Below are positions 1-8,858 of a stretch of 26,902 nucleotides of DNA, piece after piece. Both the position numbers and the translations under genes were made by a program. Under the pieces are notes generated by a model, which searched no databases, had not been told where the DNA came from, and saw nothing but the letters and a program-made list of their open reading frames with translations. The DNA comes from Desulfobacca acetoxidans (GTDB lineage: Bacteria; Desulfobacterota; Desulfobaccia; Desulfobaccales; 0-14-0-80-60-11), in the NCBI GenBank assembly GCA_020723225.1, contig DYJG01000001.1, forward strand, positions 1-26,902, read 5' to 3'. Positions within the stretch are counted from its first letter, which is position 1. Every line of letters begins with the position of its first letter.

Positions 1-282
1 GGGGAGGTCGCCGACGCCCGCCAGGTCGTCGGCCGTGAGGACGGCCACGACGCCCGGCATCGCGCGGGCGGCGGTGGCGCCGACCGCGAGGATCCGGGCG
101 TGGGCGTGGGGCGAGCGCAGTATCTTGACGCACAGGGCGTCGGACGTCGCGATCAGGTCCGAGACGTAGCGGCTCCCGCCTCGCAGCAAGCGTTCGTCTT
201 CGAGACGACGGACGGGGCGGCCCACGCTGGGACCCTCAGCCGCCGGAGGATGCAAGTCCGGGTTCTGGGTCTGGTTGTCCAT
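1..282 (-). CDS. Xanthine dehydrogenase/CoxL-family molybdopterin-binding large subunit, N-terminal 94 aa (runs off the window edge)
   Basis: Not in the ORF track. Manual translation from ATG at 282: MDNQTQNPDLHPPAAEGPSVGRPVRRLEDERLLRGGSRYVSDL...ILRSPHAHARILAV...AARAMPGVVAVLTADDL. The VGRPVRRxED.RLLRG, RSPHAHARI and PGVVAVLT motifs are typical of the family. AAGGGGG precedes the ATG. Confidence 0.9.
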   Translation of the reverse strand, partial: MDNQTQNPDLHPPAAEGPSVGRPVRRLEDERLLRGGSRYVSDLIATSDALCVKILRSPHAHARILAVGATAARAMPGVVAVLTADDLAGVGDLP

Positions 283-384
283 TAAACCCCCTTGAAAGCA
301 ACCGCTTACAAGCACCGGGTCAGGAGGTCCTGCAGCTTTCCCTCGAGCTTTGCGCCGATCTCGGCCACCTCGGGAACACCGAAG

Positions 385-886
385 GAGCGCATCCCGGCAG
401 CACCACGGGGCCGTGAAGTTGAGGCGCGACAGCACTCAGCGAGTTGCCCCCCCCGCCCGACCCCTTGCCACGCAAAACATCGCGCAGCGAGGGGCCGCCG
501 TCCGGGCCAAGCAATGAGGTGACCATGTCACGGTCTCCCACCACGTACAGCGCAGGGACGTCGATCCTTCGCCCCCGGAAAGGCGCGAGCAATTCGTTGT
601 TGTATTCGATGTTCCGGTACCAGTTGAAGGCTCCAGTGAAGGCATGCTCGCCGTGCAGGGCGAAGTCCTCGGCGTACACCTGAATGTCATCCTCCGTCAG
701 CCAGGCCGGGAGAGCGGGCGACTCCGGCATGGTGTCCAGGAGGCCCAGACCTTCGGGTATGACCAACGGGCGGGGCTCCCTGCCGAGGGGGTTGTCGCCT
801 GAGGCGCCGACCAGGAGGCGGCGGAAGGAGGTCGGGATGTCGCGGGCGAGCTCCGCATCAGCGACTCCCGGCTGCTGGAAATGCGG
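385..886 (-). pseudogene. Internal fragment of an epoxide hydrolase (EphA-like alpha/beta hydrolase), truncated at both ends
   Basis: Part of ORF 320..1087: HFQQPGVADAELARD...WLTEDDIQVYAEDF...FTGAFNWYRN...VPALYVVGDRDMV...VVLPGC. The nucleophile half is absent upstream of ~886. The expected GH(W) catalytic His after LPGC is replaced by unrelated sequence. Confidence 0.75.
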
Positions 887-926
887 CACTGATCGCACCA
901 ATAACTCAATCGGAGGTATGTATCCA

Positions 927-1229
927 ATGGCACAAGATGATCCTTCAATGCGCGGCAACAGATCACGAAACGAAACGGATGGTCGTCTCAGAAAGACCCG
1001 CGACGACAAGCACGTCGGTACCCTGGAAAAACAGTATGACAGGGACTTCGTGGTGCGCTCGGACATGCATGTGGACACCCTGCTCAAACAGACCGGTCAT
1101 TCATCGGTGAGCAAGCTTATAAAAAACGGAGCGGGCGTCCCCGCCCGTCAAACTCTGGGGAGACGGCCGCCCCACCGGCTCAGCGTCGGGATACCGTATT
1201 GTCATCATAATTGGAGATCCATATCTTGA
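927..1229 (+). CDS. Small conserved-looking hypothetical protein ([57 protein letters not shown]...), C-terminal tail probably read-through
   Basis: GGAGG at 912-916 lies 10 nt before ATG 927. From memory it resembles a widespread ~65-aa family with a VGTL.K.Y..DF.VRSD motif (not verified). After ~1126 the frame runs through a minus-strand terminator and overlaps the convergent gene. Confidence 0.55.
   Translation: MAQDDPSMRGNRSRNETDGRLRKTRDDKHVGTLEKQYDRDFVVRSDMHVDTLLKQTGHSSVSKLIKNGAGVPARQTLGRRPPHRLSVGIPYCHHNWRSIS
1121..1148 (-). terminator. Rho-independent terminator of the collagen-like gene
   Basis: Minus strand reads ACGG-GCGGG gacg CCCGC-TCCGT followed by TTTTT, about 30 nt downstream of the stop at 1180. 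Confidence 0.7.
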
Positions 1230-3087
1230 CGCCGTCAAAGGCCAGCCAATGGGGGGAATTTCCCACCGGAATGGTCCCCAGGAGGGCCCCGTCCGCGGCC
1301 CGCAGCTTGGTGACGGTGTTGTCCAGGGAATTGGCCACCCAGATACTGGCGCCGTCAAAGGCCACCCCGTAAGGAAAGGACCCCACGCTGTAGGTTCCCA
1401 CCAGGGAGCCGTCGCTGGCCAGCAGCTTGGTAACGTTGAAGGTCAGGGAGTTGACCACCCAGATATTGGCCCCGTCAAAGGTGATGCCCCGGGGAGAGCC
1501 GCCCACCCCGTAGGTCCCCAAAACAGTCCCGTCGCTGGCCAGCTTGGTGACGCTGTTGCCGTCATAGTTGGTCACCCAGATATTGGCGCCGTCCGAGGCA
1601 ATGCCATAGGGGCCGTTACCCACCCCAAAGGTGTCCTGGATGCCCCCGTCGCCGGGGTTGAGTTTCATGACGTTATTGCTGCCGTAGTTGGCCACCCAGA
1701 GATAGACACCGTCAAAGGCAATGCCGGCGGGATTGTTGCCTACGCTATAGGTGCCCAAGATGTTCCCGTCGCTGGCCCGCAGCTTGATGACATTTTGGGA
1801 GCCGTAGTTGGTCACCCAGATGTTGGCGCCGTCAAAGGCCACGCCCAGGGGATTGAAATCCATGCTATAGATTCCCAGCAGTTCTCCGTCGCTGGCCCGC
1901 AACTTGGTGACGGTGTTGCCGGGGGCGGCGTTGGCCACCCAGATATTGGCGCCGTCAAAGGCCATGCCCTCGGGACGGGTGCCCGTCCAGATATCGGGCA
2001 AGGTCCGGATCGCCGGGTACCAGCGCAGAAGGGCGATCTGCTGGGGGTTCAAGGAAGCCCCAGCCGGGCCTTGGGGTCCGGTGGGTCCCTGCGGCCCCTG
2101 GGGACCGGTGGCGCCGGTTGCCCCCGTATCTCCTTTGGGTCCCTGGGGGCCGGTCGCTCCGGTTTCTCCTTGGGGACCTTGAGGGCCGGTGGCCCCGGTG
2201 TCGCCTTTAGGTCCCTGGGGGCCGGCAGCCCCGGTAGGACCCGGGGGGCCTTGGGCTCCGGTGTCGCCCTTGGGTCCCGCAGGTCCGGTTGCCCCGGTTG
2301 CCCCGGTGTCCCCCTTGGGGCCTGCCGGACCCGCGGGGCCGATATCACCCTGGGGGCCTTGAGCGCCCGTGTCTCCCTTGGGACCCGCAGGCCCCGCCGG
2401 GCCGGTGGCCCCGGTGTCGCCTTTGGGCCCCTGGGGTCCTGCCGGGCCCGCGGCGCCGGTATCCCCTTTAGGCCCGGGAAGTCCCTGGGGTCCGGTTTCT
2501 CCTTGAGGGCCTTGGGGGCCGGTGGGTCCGGCAGGCCCGATGGGTCCTCGGGGGCCGGTGTCTCCCTTGGGGCCTGCGGGTCCCGGAGGTCCCGGGGGGC
2601 CGTCGGGACCCGCATAAGTGAAGCGTAAACCTACAACCAGGGCGGCCCGGCTATGCGAGGTGAAGTGCAATGTGACGTAATCGGTTCCCGGGGTCAATGT
2701 CCTGGGAAAGATGGAGGATACATCCACCTCCTCCATCATGTTGGGTGTAAGGGTAAGAGGCAATCCCGTTTTTGATCTTTGCACCCGGGTATATCTCTTC
2801 CCCTTTGCGGATAAGGACAGATGCAGGTCATAGGTGGTGGCGCCTCTGGCTCCGCCGATCAGGACCACTTTGGCCTGGGAAAACGACGTCAGATTGTCCG
2901 GAATCGCGAAGCAAAACCGAGTATTGGAGTTGGCAGTTATCGGCCAGTCTCCCATTGCAAGATTCGAGGCCCCCACCTGGGGACTGACCCAGATCTCATT
3001 GGCCCGGGTCATGGTGGAAAAACCCGGGAAGATGATGAAAATCAACAAGTACAAGGCTATTATCGAACATTTTCTGTTGAGGGCCAT
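1180..3087 (-). CDS. Secreted collagen-like protein with C-terminal 7-bladed beta-propeller (YVTN/NHL-like), 635 aa
   Basis: Start reassigned to ATG 3087 (AGGAG RBS, signal-like [29 protein letters not shown]). About 62 uninterrupted Gly-X-Y triplets, then [12 protein letters not shown], then seven ~40-aa repeats with a [10 protein letters not shown] core. Confidence 0.9.
   Translation of the reverse strand: MALNRKCSIIALYLLIFIIFPGFSTMTRANEIWVSPQVGASNLAMGDWPITANSNTRFCFAIPDNLTSFSQAKVVLIGGARGATTYDLHLSLSAKGKRYTRVQRSKTGLPLTLTPNMMEEVDVSSIFPRTLTPGTDYVTLHFTSHSRAALVVGLRFTYAGPDGPPGPPGPAGPKGDTGPRGPIGPAGPTGPQGPQGETGPQGLPGPKGDTGAAGPAGPQGPKGDTGATGPAGPAGPKGDTGAQGPQGDIGPAGPAGPKGDTGATGATGPAGPKGDTGAQGPPGPTGAAGPQGPKGDTGATGPQGPQGETGATGPQGPKGDTGATGATGPQGPQGPTGPQGPAGASLNPQQIALLRWYPAIRTLPDIWTGTRPEGMAFDGANIWVANAAPGNTVTKLRASDGELLGIYSMDFNPLGVAFDGANIWVTNYGSQNVIKLRASDGNILGTYSVGNNPAGIAFDGVYLWVANYGSNNVMKLNPGDGGIQDTFGVGNGPYGIASDGANIWVTNYDGNSVTKLASDGTVLGTYGVGGSPRGITFDGANIWVVNSLTFNVTKLLASDGSLVGTYSVGSFPYGVAFDGASIWVANSLDNTVTKLRAADGALLGTIPVGNSPHWLAFDGVKIWISNYDDNTVSRR
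1183..1985 (-). repeat. Seven propeller-blade repeats at nucleotide level
   Basis: CCGTCAAAGG-like cores (plus strand) start at 1232, 1352, 1472, 1589, 1709, 1829 and 1952, giving periods of 120, 120, 117, 120, 120 and 123 nt. Confidence 0.9.
2053..2610 (-). repeat. Gly-X-Y collagen repeat tract (about 62 triplets; recurring GPKGDT unit)
   Basis: Counted directly from GPD (2610) to GAS (2053). Confidence 0.95.
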
Positions 3088-3217
3088 AGTTTCTCCTATC
3101 TTCGCCCGAGATACCGCAGGTGATCTCCCGGCTGCGTCCCAAAGGAATAGACGCCGGGGCGCAACTATGCAATCCTTTGATTTCCTTATCCTCAAGGCAG
3201 CCCTTCTGGGGAGGTGT

Positions 3218-5455
3218 TCAGCTTTCCTCCAGAGCCTGTAATTCCCTGGAACTCCGACGGATATTGCTGGAGAGCACCTTTCCCACATTAAACATCAATT
3301 TTAGGGCCACCGCGGGTTCCGTCCGGCATAAAGCCTCAAACTCCCGGTAGGGCAGGATCAAGGCCTCGGAGTCTTCTTCGGCCCAGACGTCGGCGGAACG
3401 CGGTTTGGCGTCCAGCAGGGCCATCTCTCCGACAATGACTCCCGGACCAAAGGTAAACACCCTCTTGAAACGATTCTCCTGGGGCAGGCGCATCTTGATG
3501 GTTACCGTGCCTTTGGTCAGAAGAAATAAGTCCCGGTTGGTATCTCCTTCGTGAATCAGGACCTCGCCTTGTCGATACCCTCGAACCCTCAACCTCCCTT
3601 GCAGGACCTCCAATTCCCGGTCGGTAAACCCTTGGGTAATCTCCATCCGGTCCAGGGGAACTTCTGCCGGTTTCTCCCCGGCATAGCTCTTCGCCAAAAG
3701 ATCTTCCTCGGCCCATTCCAGGGCGGCATCGGTATCCGGATAAAATTGGCCTTGCTGGAGTACCCTATGCAAATCCATGATCTCGACAAGCTTCCAGAGG
3801 GCCGGATGGCCCTGGAGATAGCTGACCAACAGGTGTTTCCCACGCCTGTGGGCGCTGGTGATCAGATGCAGCAGAACATTGGCGCCGGTGCTGTCAATTT
3901 CGTTCACCCGCTTCAGATCCAGGATCGAGTAATCCGCCGTTCCCCAGGCCTTCTCAACTTCTTTGGCCAGGCTCTCGGCAGAGCCGAAAAACAGGGGGCC
4001 ATGAAGTTCAAAGACGACAATCCGCCGGCCCTCCTGCCCCAGGGTGGCGGTGTGCGCCCCGGGACGCCGCTTCTTCGAATGCACCTGGTCCCCATAGTAA
4101 GTGCGGTGGATAACCGACTTGCCCATTTTGGCAATGAACATCAGCGAAGAAATTACCACCCCGATGCCCACCGCTTCGATCAGATTGAAGATGACGGTTA
4201 TGACTGCTACGGTCGCGCAAATTAACAGGTCAAAGAGGATATCCTTTTCCTGTTTAAAGGGAATTTTACGGCGCTGCCGGGCCTGGACGGCCAGTTTGCC
4301 GATGATGTTTAAGGTGCCTTTATCAACCAGGCCGATGGCCACGGCGATGATAATCCCGGCGATTACCGCCAGGGGAATCCTCCCCACCAGGGAGCCAAGC
4401 ACCAGGATAACCAGGAGAATGATGACGCTGAACATCATCCCTGACAGGTGGGTACGGCCGCCGGCCTTGAAATTGGCCAGGGTCCATGACAAACCCCCAC
4501 CGGCAAAGATTGCCCCGAAGGCTGAAGAGACGATATTGCCGAGCCCCTGGCCGATCAACTCTTGATTGCTGCGGTGGTGGATGCCGCTCAGGTGATCGGA
4601 GGCTACCGACGTCAGGAGAGACTCCAGGGAGCCGAGTATTCCCAGGACCAGACCGGGTACGAGGAGGTATGGCAGAAATGCCTTAACCTGTTTGATGTCC
4701 CAGGTTCGCAGCAGATTGACAAAGGCCTCCGGCTCCGGCCATTCCCCGCCGATTTTGCCGATGACCGGTCCCAGGGAGGAGAAGCCGTTTATGGCGCCGA
4801 GGCCATAGTAAAACGCCGTTCCCACCAGCAATCCGGCAATACTGCCCGGAAGGCCCTTAATCCAGCGGGGCGCCGCGAAAATGGCGGCCAGCGTAGCCCC
4901 TCCTACTATTATGGTCAAAGGTTCAATGCTGGAAAGGTGCTGGAGAACGGCGATAAAACCCGAGGCGCCGTCGATGCCCAGAAGCGGTCCGAGTTGATGC
5001 TGAACCATAATAAAGGCAATGCCATTGCTGAATCCGGCCACCACTGGATAGGGCACATATTTGCTGAGATTGCCGCAGCCCAGCGCCCCCAGGCAGACCT
5101 GGAAAATCCCGCCGATGAGGACGGTGAGGGAAACCAGCCCGACTAGCACCGCCATCCGGGGGGCCATGGCCTGGGGAATATGCGGATTCGCCGCCAAGGC
5201 CGCCACCAGGGAGGCCAAAACCAGGGTGGTGGAAGCCTTGGGCCCGGTTATCTGCAGGGGATTGCCCCCGAGCCAGGCGGCGAAGAAGCCGGCAAAGATC
5301 ACGGTATGGAGGCCGAGGAGAGCGCCCAGGGCCATGGAGCCAACTCCAAGAGGAGCGAAAACGATAATGCCATAACCGATGCACGAAGGCATGGTGATGG
5401 TGGCCGCGGTAACCGCGCCCGCTAAGTCTCCCTTGAAGTTTGAAAAGATCGCCAT
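3218..5455 (-). CDS. SulP/SLC26 family anion transporter with STAS and cyclic-nucleotide-binding domains
   Basis: [11 protein letters not shown]...GYG N-terminus, [30 protein letters not shown] ([11 protein letters not shown]...EIDSTG) and cNMP domain (GEVLIHEGD...[15 protein letters not shown]). Start 5455 is preferred because 5605 overlaps the upstream gene. Confidence 0.93.
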   Translation of the reverse strand: MAIFSNFKGDLAGAVTAATITMPSCIGYGIIVFAPLGVGSMALGALLGLHTVIFAGFFAAWLGGNPLQITGPKASTTLVLASLVAALAANPHIPQAMAPRMAVLVGLVSLTVLIGGIFQVCLGALGCGNLSKYVPYPVVAGFSNGIAFIMVQHQLGPLLGIDGASGFIAVLQHLSSIEPLTIIVGGATLAAIFAAPRWIKGLPGSIAGLLVGTAFYYGLGAINGFSSLGPVIGKIGGEWPEPEAFVNLLRTWDIKQVKAFLPYLLVPGLVLGILGSLESLLTSVASDHLSGIHHRSNQELIGQGLGNIVSSAFGAIFAGGGLSWTLANFKAGGRTHLSGMMFSVIILLVILVLGSLVGRIPLAVIAGIIIAVAIGLVDKGTLNIIGKLAVQARQRRKIPFKQEKDILFDLLICATVAVITVIFNLIEAVGIGVVISSLMFIAKMGKSVIHRTYYGDQVHSKKRRPGAHTATLGQEGRRIVVFELHGPLFFGSAESLAKEVEKAWGTADYSILDLKRVNEIDSTGANVLLHLITSAHRRGKHLLVSYLQGHPALWKLVEIMDLHRVLQQGQFYPDTDAALEWAEEDLLAKSYAGEKPAEVPLDRMEITQGFTDRELEVLQGRLRVRGYRQGEVLIHEGDTNRDLFLLTKGTVTIKMRLPQENRFKRVFTFGPGVIVGEMALLDAKPRSADVWAEEDSEALILPYREFEALCRTEPAVALKLMFNVGKVLSSNIRRSSRELQALEES

Positions 5456-5534
5456 TCCTGCCCCCGGCTGCGCCAAGGATAATAAACTCAGATAGGTTAA
5501 GATTAATGACCGGACCAAACCGGAATGAAACCGA

Positions 5535-6539
5535 TTACTGCCGGCTTTGTTGCTCCTTTGAGGTTTCGCGGCGAAAATATAATTCTTCGGCATTCTTGCC
5601 GGCAATCATTTCACTTATTCGGAGGGGGAGCAGATTTATCAGGTTATTGTAGCGGGCGATAGTTCTCCCCAAGTGATCGAAATGGCCGCACAGATCGGTG
5701 CCCAGCATGAATCGCTCGGGGAATTCTTTAATGATCTTAATCCAGGCCGGTTTAGGCTCAAGTCCGCTGCAAATGGCCTCTTCGTAAATTATCCAGGATA
5801 AATCCACATACAGGTTCCGGTGGGATATCAGCATTTCCCGGATCATGGCGGCATAATTTTTATGGGAGACGCGTCGGGAACAACCGCAATGGGCCCAGAT
5901 AAAAGTAGTCTGCGGGAATTTCCCCAGAGCTTCTTTCATTTCATGCAGATATTCAAAGCGGTCATGGTGTCCCACGGAAGTGCTGTTTTGATGGATGCAT
6001 CCCGGCAAATCCCTTTCGGCGCAGAAGACGTAAATATCATGGAGCGCGGGATGATTTACCCGGGCCGGTTCTCCTTCGGTAAGAGCCGTGAGATCATCGT
6101 GTCGTAACAGCAATTCACCGATGCCTCTCCAAAAGGGATATTTCTTGAACATGTATTCCACATAATCGATCGCCAACCGGTCCGTGGGGTTAAAGCCGCA
6201 AAGAGTGGGAGCCAGCATGTTTTGCTCTTCGCTGGAAAGTTTCAGATATTCGTCGGCGACGATTTCATCGGTGCTGGCAAAGTAGTAGCAAGGGGAGTCG
6301 TCATCGAGATAATAGCTCGGCCTTTCCGGTTCGGATTCCGCCCATTTTTTGATTACGGGCAAACCAAAGATGACGGATTTCTCTATATTCGCCTGCTTCA
6401 TCCTGTCAATTAAAACCTGGAGTCCTTCGGTGTTTTGGCTGAAATCCACCAGGTGTATATGCATATCGGTTACCGGCAACTGGGCTGTCTCCTCAGGCAC
6501 CTGGTCAATCTTTTTCCGGAAGTGATGGGAGAAACTCAT
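5535..6539 (-). CDS. Amidohydrolase_2-type metal-dependent TIM-barrel hydrolase
   Basis: DMHIH metal motif, GIGE, CIH, WAHCG, LYVDLS and GTD motifs. GAGGAAG RBS before ATG 6539. Confidence 0.85.
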   Translation of the reverse strand: MSFSHHFRKKIDQVPEETAQLPVTDMHIHLVDFSQNTEGLQVLIDRMKQANIEKSVIFGLPVIKKWAESEPERPSYYLDDDSPCYYFASTDEIVADEYLKLSSEEQNMLAPTLCGFNPTDRLAIDYVEYMFKKYPFWRGIGELLLRHDDLTALTEGEPARVNHPALHDIYVFCAERDLPGCIHQNSTSVGHHDRFEYLHEMKEALGKFPQTTFIWAHCGCSRRVSHKNYAAMIREMLISHRNLYVDLSWIIYEEAICSGLEPKPAWIKIIKEFPERFMLGTDLCGHFDHLGRTIARYNNLINLLPLRISEMIAGKNAEELYFRRETSKEQQSRQ

Positions 6540-6611
6540 ATTCTTCCTCGTGCCGGAAACGCGCTCCCGCAAAACCGGGATTCAGGCGCGGCCCCGGGCA
6601 TTAACGCGGGA

Positions 6612-7520
6612 TTAATCCAGGAGCAGCATTAGCGCCGGCGCCGATCTCTGGCTGGGCGCGCCCCAGGGGGTGGAGGTCATGCCCATCTGGGCCTTGCCGT
6701 TGTTCCCCAATAAGGTCAGTGCGCCGCTGCCGGTGTCAATCCGGTAAAAATTGCCGTTAAAATCGCCGCCGTAGAGGGTTTCGCCCACAAAAGCCAGGCC
6801 CGTGACCGCGGTTTGCCCCCAGCCGTCGCCGATCAGGGTGGCTTCGCCGGTAAGCAGGTCAAAGGTGGCCAGCGAATATTTGATAATCTCTTCGTCCGTT
6901 GTCCGCACCACGCTGCCATACAATATGGTACGGTCCATGGGGCCGGCCAGGTCGCCGCCGTCCATTTGGGGGGGACCGATCCCCATGGCGGTGTAAATAC
7001 CGGGGGTGGCGCTCATGGGCCCGTAATATTGGTAGGTGTTATCAAGGCCGCCGAACTGATAAACGCCCCCGGCTCCGTTGTCGGTGGTCCCGAGCACGCT
7101 GCCGCCAAAGAGCAGGTTTTCTTCACCGAATAAGACCCCCAGGCCCGAGATGCCCAGGCCCTCTGAAATTGCAGCGGTTTCGGTAGCACGCACCTTGCCT
7201 TCTGTCGGGTGAAGAAAATCCAGGACATAAAACCTGGTCTCGGCAAAGACATCGCTGAAAACGCCGAACATCCAGGAACCGTCAAAGGCAATGTCCTGCA
7301 AGTAAATCAAGGCTCCCTGGCACTCGATGTCCCCCACCTTGGTGGCGGCCCCGGTGGCGGTGTCCACCGTATAGAGGGTGGACCACGTGGTTAGCGGCGG
7401 CTCCACGTTTTTTTCCTGGGCCAGCATGTACACCGTACCCGCATCCGCCCCCGGCTCCGCCCCGAAGGCGAAGGCCAGGACCAATATCATCATGAGGCAA
7501 ACCACCCGTCTGCTGCGCAT
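6612..7520 (-). CDS. Secreted beta-rich/propeller-like protein with hydrophobic C-terminal tail (...SAPALMLLLD)
   Basis: AGGAGG RBS before ATG 7520. Signal peptide MRSRRVVCLMMILVLAFAFGA. Repeated LYTVDTATGAATKVG / LATFDLLTGEATLIG / FYRIDTGSGALTLLG strands. Confidence 0.75.
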   Translation of the reverse strand: MRSRRVVCLMMILVLAFAFGAEPGADAGTVYMLAQEKNVEPPLTTWSTLYTVDTATGAATKVGDIECQGALIYLQDIAFDGSWMFGVFSDVFAETRFYVLDFLHPTEGKVRATETAAISEGLGISGLGVLFGEENLLFGGSVLGTTDNGAGGVYQFGGLDNTYQYYGPMSATPGIYTAMGIGPPQMDGGDLAGPMDRTILYGSVVRTTDEEIIKYSLATFDLLTGEATLIGDGWGQTAVTGLAFVGETLYGGDFNGNFYRIDTGSGALTLLGNNGKAQMGMTSTPWGAPSQRSAPALMLLLD

Positions 7521-7726
7521 AAACCCTCCTTTGGCAGGGCTGCCGGCGCTTGCGTTGCCCACCTTGCCGGCGGGTAGGGCAACGGCGCACCTGAATCCCT
7601 GCACCGCCGGCTCAGCGGCCGGGCTGGGGCAGATTCACCCCCTGCCCGGCCTGCAGCCCTGGAAATCCACCAACCCGGGACCCGGGGATAGCCCCGCCGC
7701 CCCGCAAATAATCCGCCAAGGCCCAA

Positions 7727-8056
7727 CTATTTTTTCAAATAAATGGCCCTGATATTCAGCCGGGCTCCTCCAAGGTCGCATAAAACCTTGACCTGCTTAT
7801 TATTGACAATGGCGGTCAAGGCCACAGCCAAAAATTCCTTGGCCCAGTCCGCGGGAATGAAAAATTCTTGACTCCCCTCCCAGGCGGGGGGTTCTGCGGC
7901 ATGGGTTAAAAACAGCCGGGTCGATAAAGACCCCATGGGGCCCCCCTGGTCCACCGTGCAGTCGTACCAAGCGGGCTGCGCCAGCGCGGGGGTGGAGAGG
8001 CAAAGCCCCAAAATACCTAGGGCCAAAAGAACGGTTGCTAATCCTTGGATCTTCAT
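7727..8056 (-). CDS. Small secreted hypothetical protein (about 110 aa, two Cys in mature part)
   Basis: Signal peptide ending ALA-Q. AAGGAGG RBS abuts ATG 8065 and is correctly spaced for ATG 8056. Confidence 0.75.
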   Translation of the reverse strand: MKIQGLATVLLALGILGLCLSTPALAQPAWYDCTVDQGGPMGSLSTRLFLTHAAEPPAWEGSQEFFIPADWAKEFLAVALTAIVNNKQVKVLCDLGGARLNIRAIYLKK

Positions 8057-8101
8057 TTTTTCCATCCTCCTTGCGGTCTTAACGCTTTATTTGTTGATAC
8101 G

Positions 8102-8434
8102 TTATTCCAATCCAGAGTCCGCCTTATCCGTAAAAAGTCTCCAGGTTCTAATAGGGAAAGTGGGGGGCATCCGGAAATCGGGAGCGCAAATTGTTCCCGG
8201 GCGCCGGCCCAGGCCGGCGGCGATCTTTTTGAGTTCTTCCGGGGTCAACTCCTTGCCGGCGGCTACCGCCAACTCTTCAATCACCTGTTTGTATTCCTCC
8301 AGGATAAAATCGAACCCCGCCGCCTTGATGATCGTCTGCCGGGTTTCCAGGCCGGGCGCGGCTTCCAGCCGATCCTGCAAGGCCTGATCGGTTGCGATCC
8401 TTTTGAGAAAATCCCTGACTGACTGTACGGACAC
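8102..8434 (-). CDS. Nif11-like leader RiPP precursor 1
   Basis: MSVQSVRDFLKRIATDQALQDRL...AAGFDFILEE...ELTPEELKKIAAG, then core LGRRPGTICAPDFRMPPTFPIRTWRLFTDKADSGLE. GTG start with AGGAGG RBS. Confidence 0.88.
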   Translation of the reverse strand: MSVQSVRDFLKRIATDQALQDRLEAAPGLETRQTIIKAAGFDFILEEYKQVIEELAVAAGKELTPEELKKIAAGLGRRPGTICAPDFRMPPTFPIRTWRLFTDKADSGLE

Positions 8435-8449
8435 AATGCTACCTCCTCT

Positions 8450-8722
8450 TTAGAGTCTTAAGTAATTGTAATGGGGTCCTTTACAAGCGCACCAGCCGCC
8501 GCCTCCGCCGATACTTTCGAGTTCCTCCCGGGTCAACTCCCGGGCGGTGGCCTCCTTAATTTCTTCCACCACCTGCCTGAACTCCTCCAGGGTGAACCCT
8601 CCCCCGGCCGCCTGAATGATCCGCCACCGGGACTCCAGGTCGGGCGCGGTTTCCAGCCGGCCCTTCAACTCCGGATCGCTCTCGATCCTTTGGAGAAAAT
8701 CCCTGGCTGACTGCAAGGACAT
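8450..8722 (-). CDS. Nif11-like leader RiPP precursor 2
   Basis: MSLQSARDFLQRIESDPELKGRL...ELTREELESIGGGGG, then core WCACKGPHYNYLRL. AAGGAGG RBS. Confidence 0.92.
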   Translation of the reverse strand: MSLQSARDFLQRIESDPELKGRLETAPDLESRWRIIQAAGGGFTLEEFRQVVEEIKEATARELTREELESIGGGGGWCACKGPHYNYLRL

Positions 8723-8858
8723 GATGTTATCCTCCTTGCGGGGTTACTCTCCGAACCGGCTTAAAGCAGGTAAGATAAACGCCTGTCTCAGAAGGTCCCA
8801 TAATAGCCGCTCATAAGAATTTCCAGCCGTTGCCGGCCATGGGAAACCGCAGCTCACG

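Noticed and set aside
1229-1960. Regular ~120-nt repeats as a possible CRISPR array
   Set aside because: They are in-frame coding repeats with similar intervening sequence, not constant repeats with unique spacers.
1249-2628. 459-aa plus-strand ORF
   Set aside because: Antisense shadow of the collagen/propeller gene; its repeats mirror Gly-X-Y and blade codons.
3088-3180. Hairpins and a GGGACGCA word upstream of the collagen gene, suggesting a c-di-GMP-I riboswitch
   Set aside because: The GNRA loop and the GCAAA/receptor elements of the motif are missing.
3088-3288. 67-aa N-terminal extension of the collagen ORF
   Set aside because: Overlaps the SulP 3' end. ATG 3087 has a proper RBS and signal peptide.
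8064-8741. Identical 13-mer ATCCTCCTTGCGG at 8064 and 8729
   Set aside because: Mostly the Shine-Dalgarno complement; no independent meaning supported.
8723-8858. Tiny ORFs between the enzyme and precursor 2 as possible extra cores
   Set aside because: No leader, RBS or Cys pattern.
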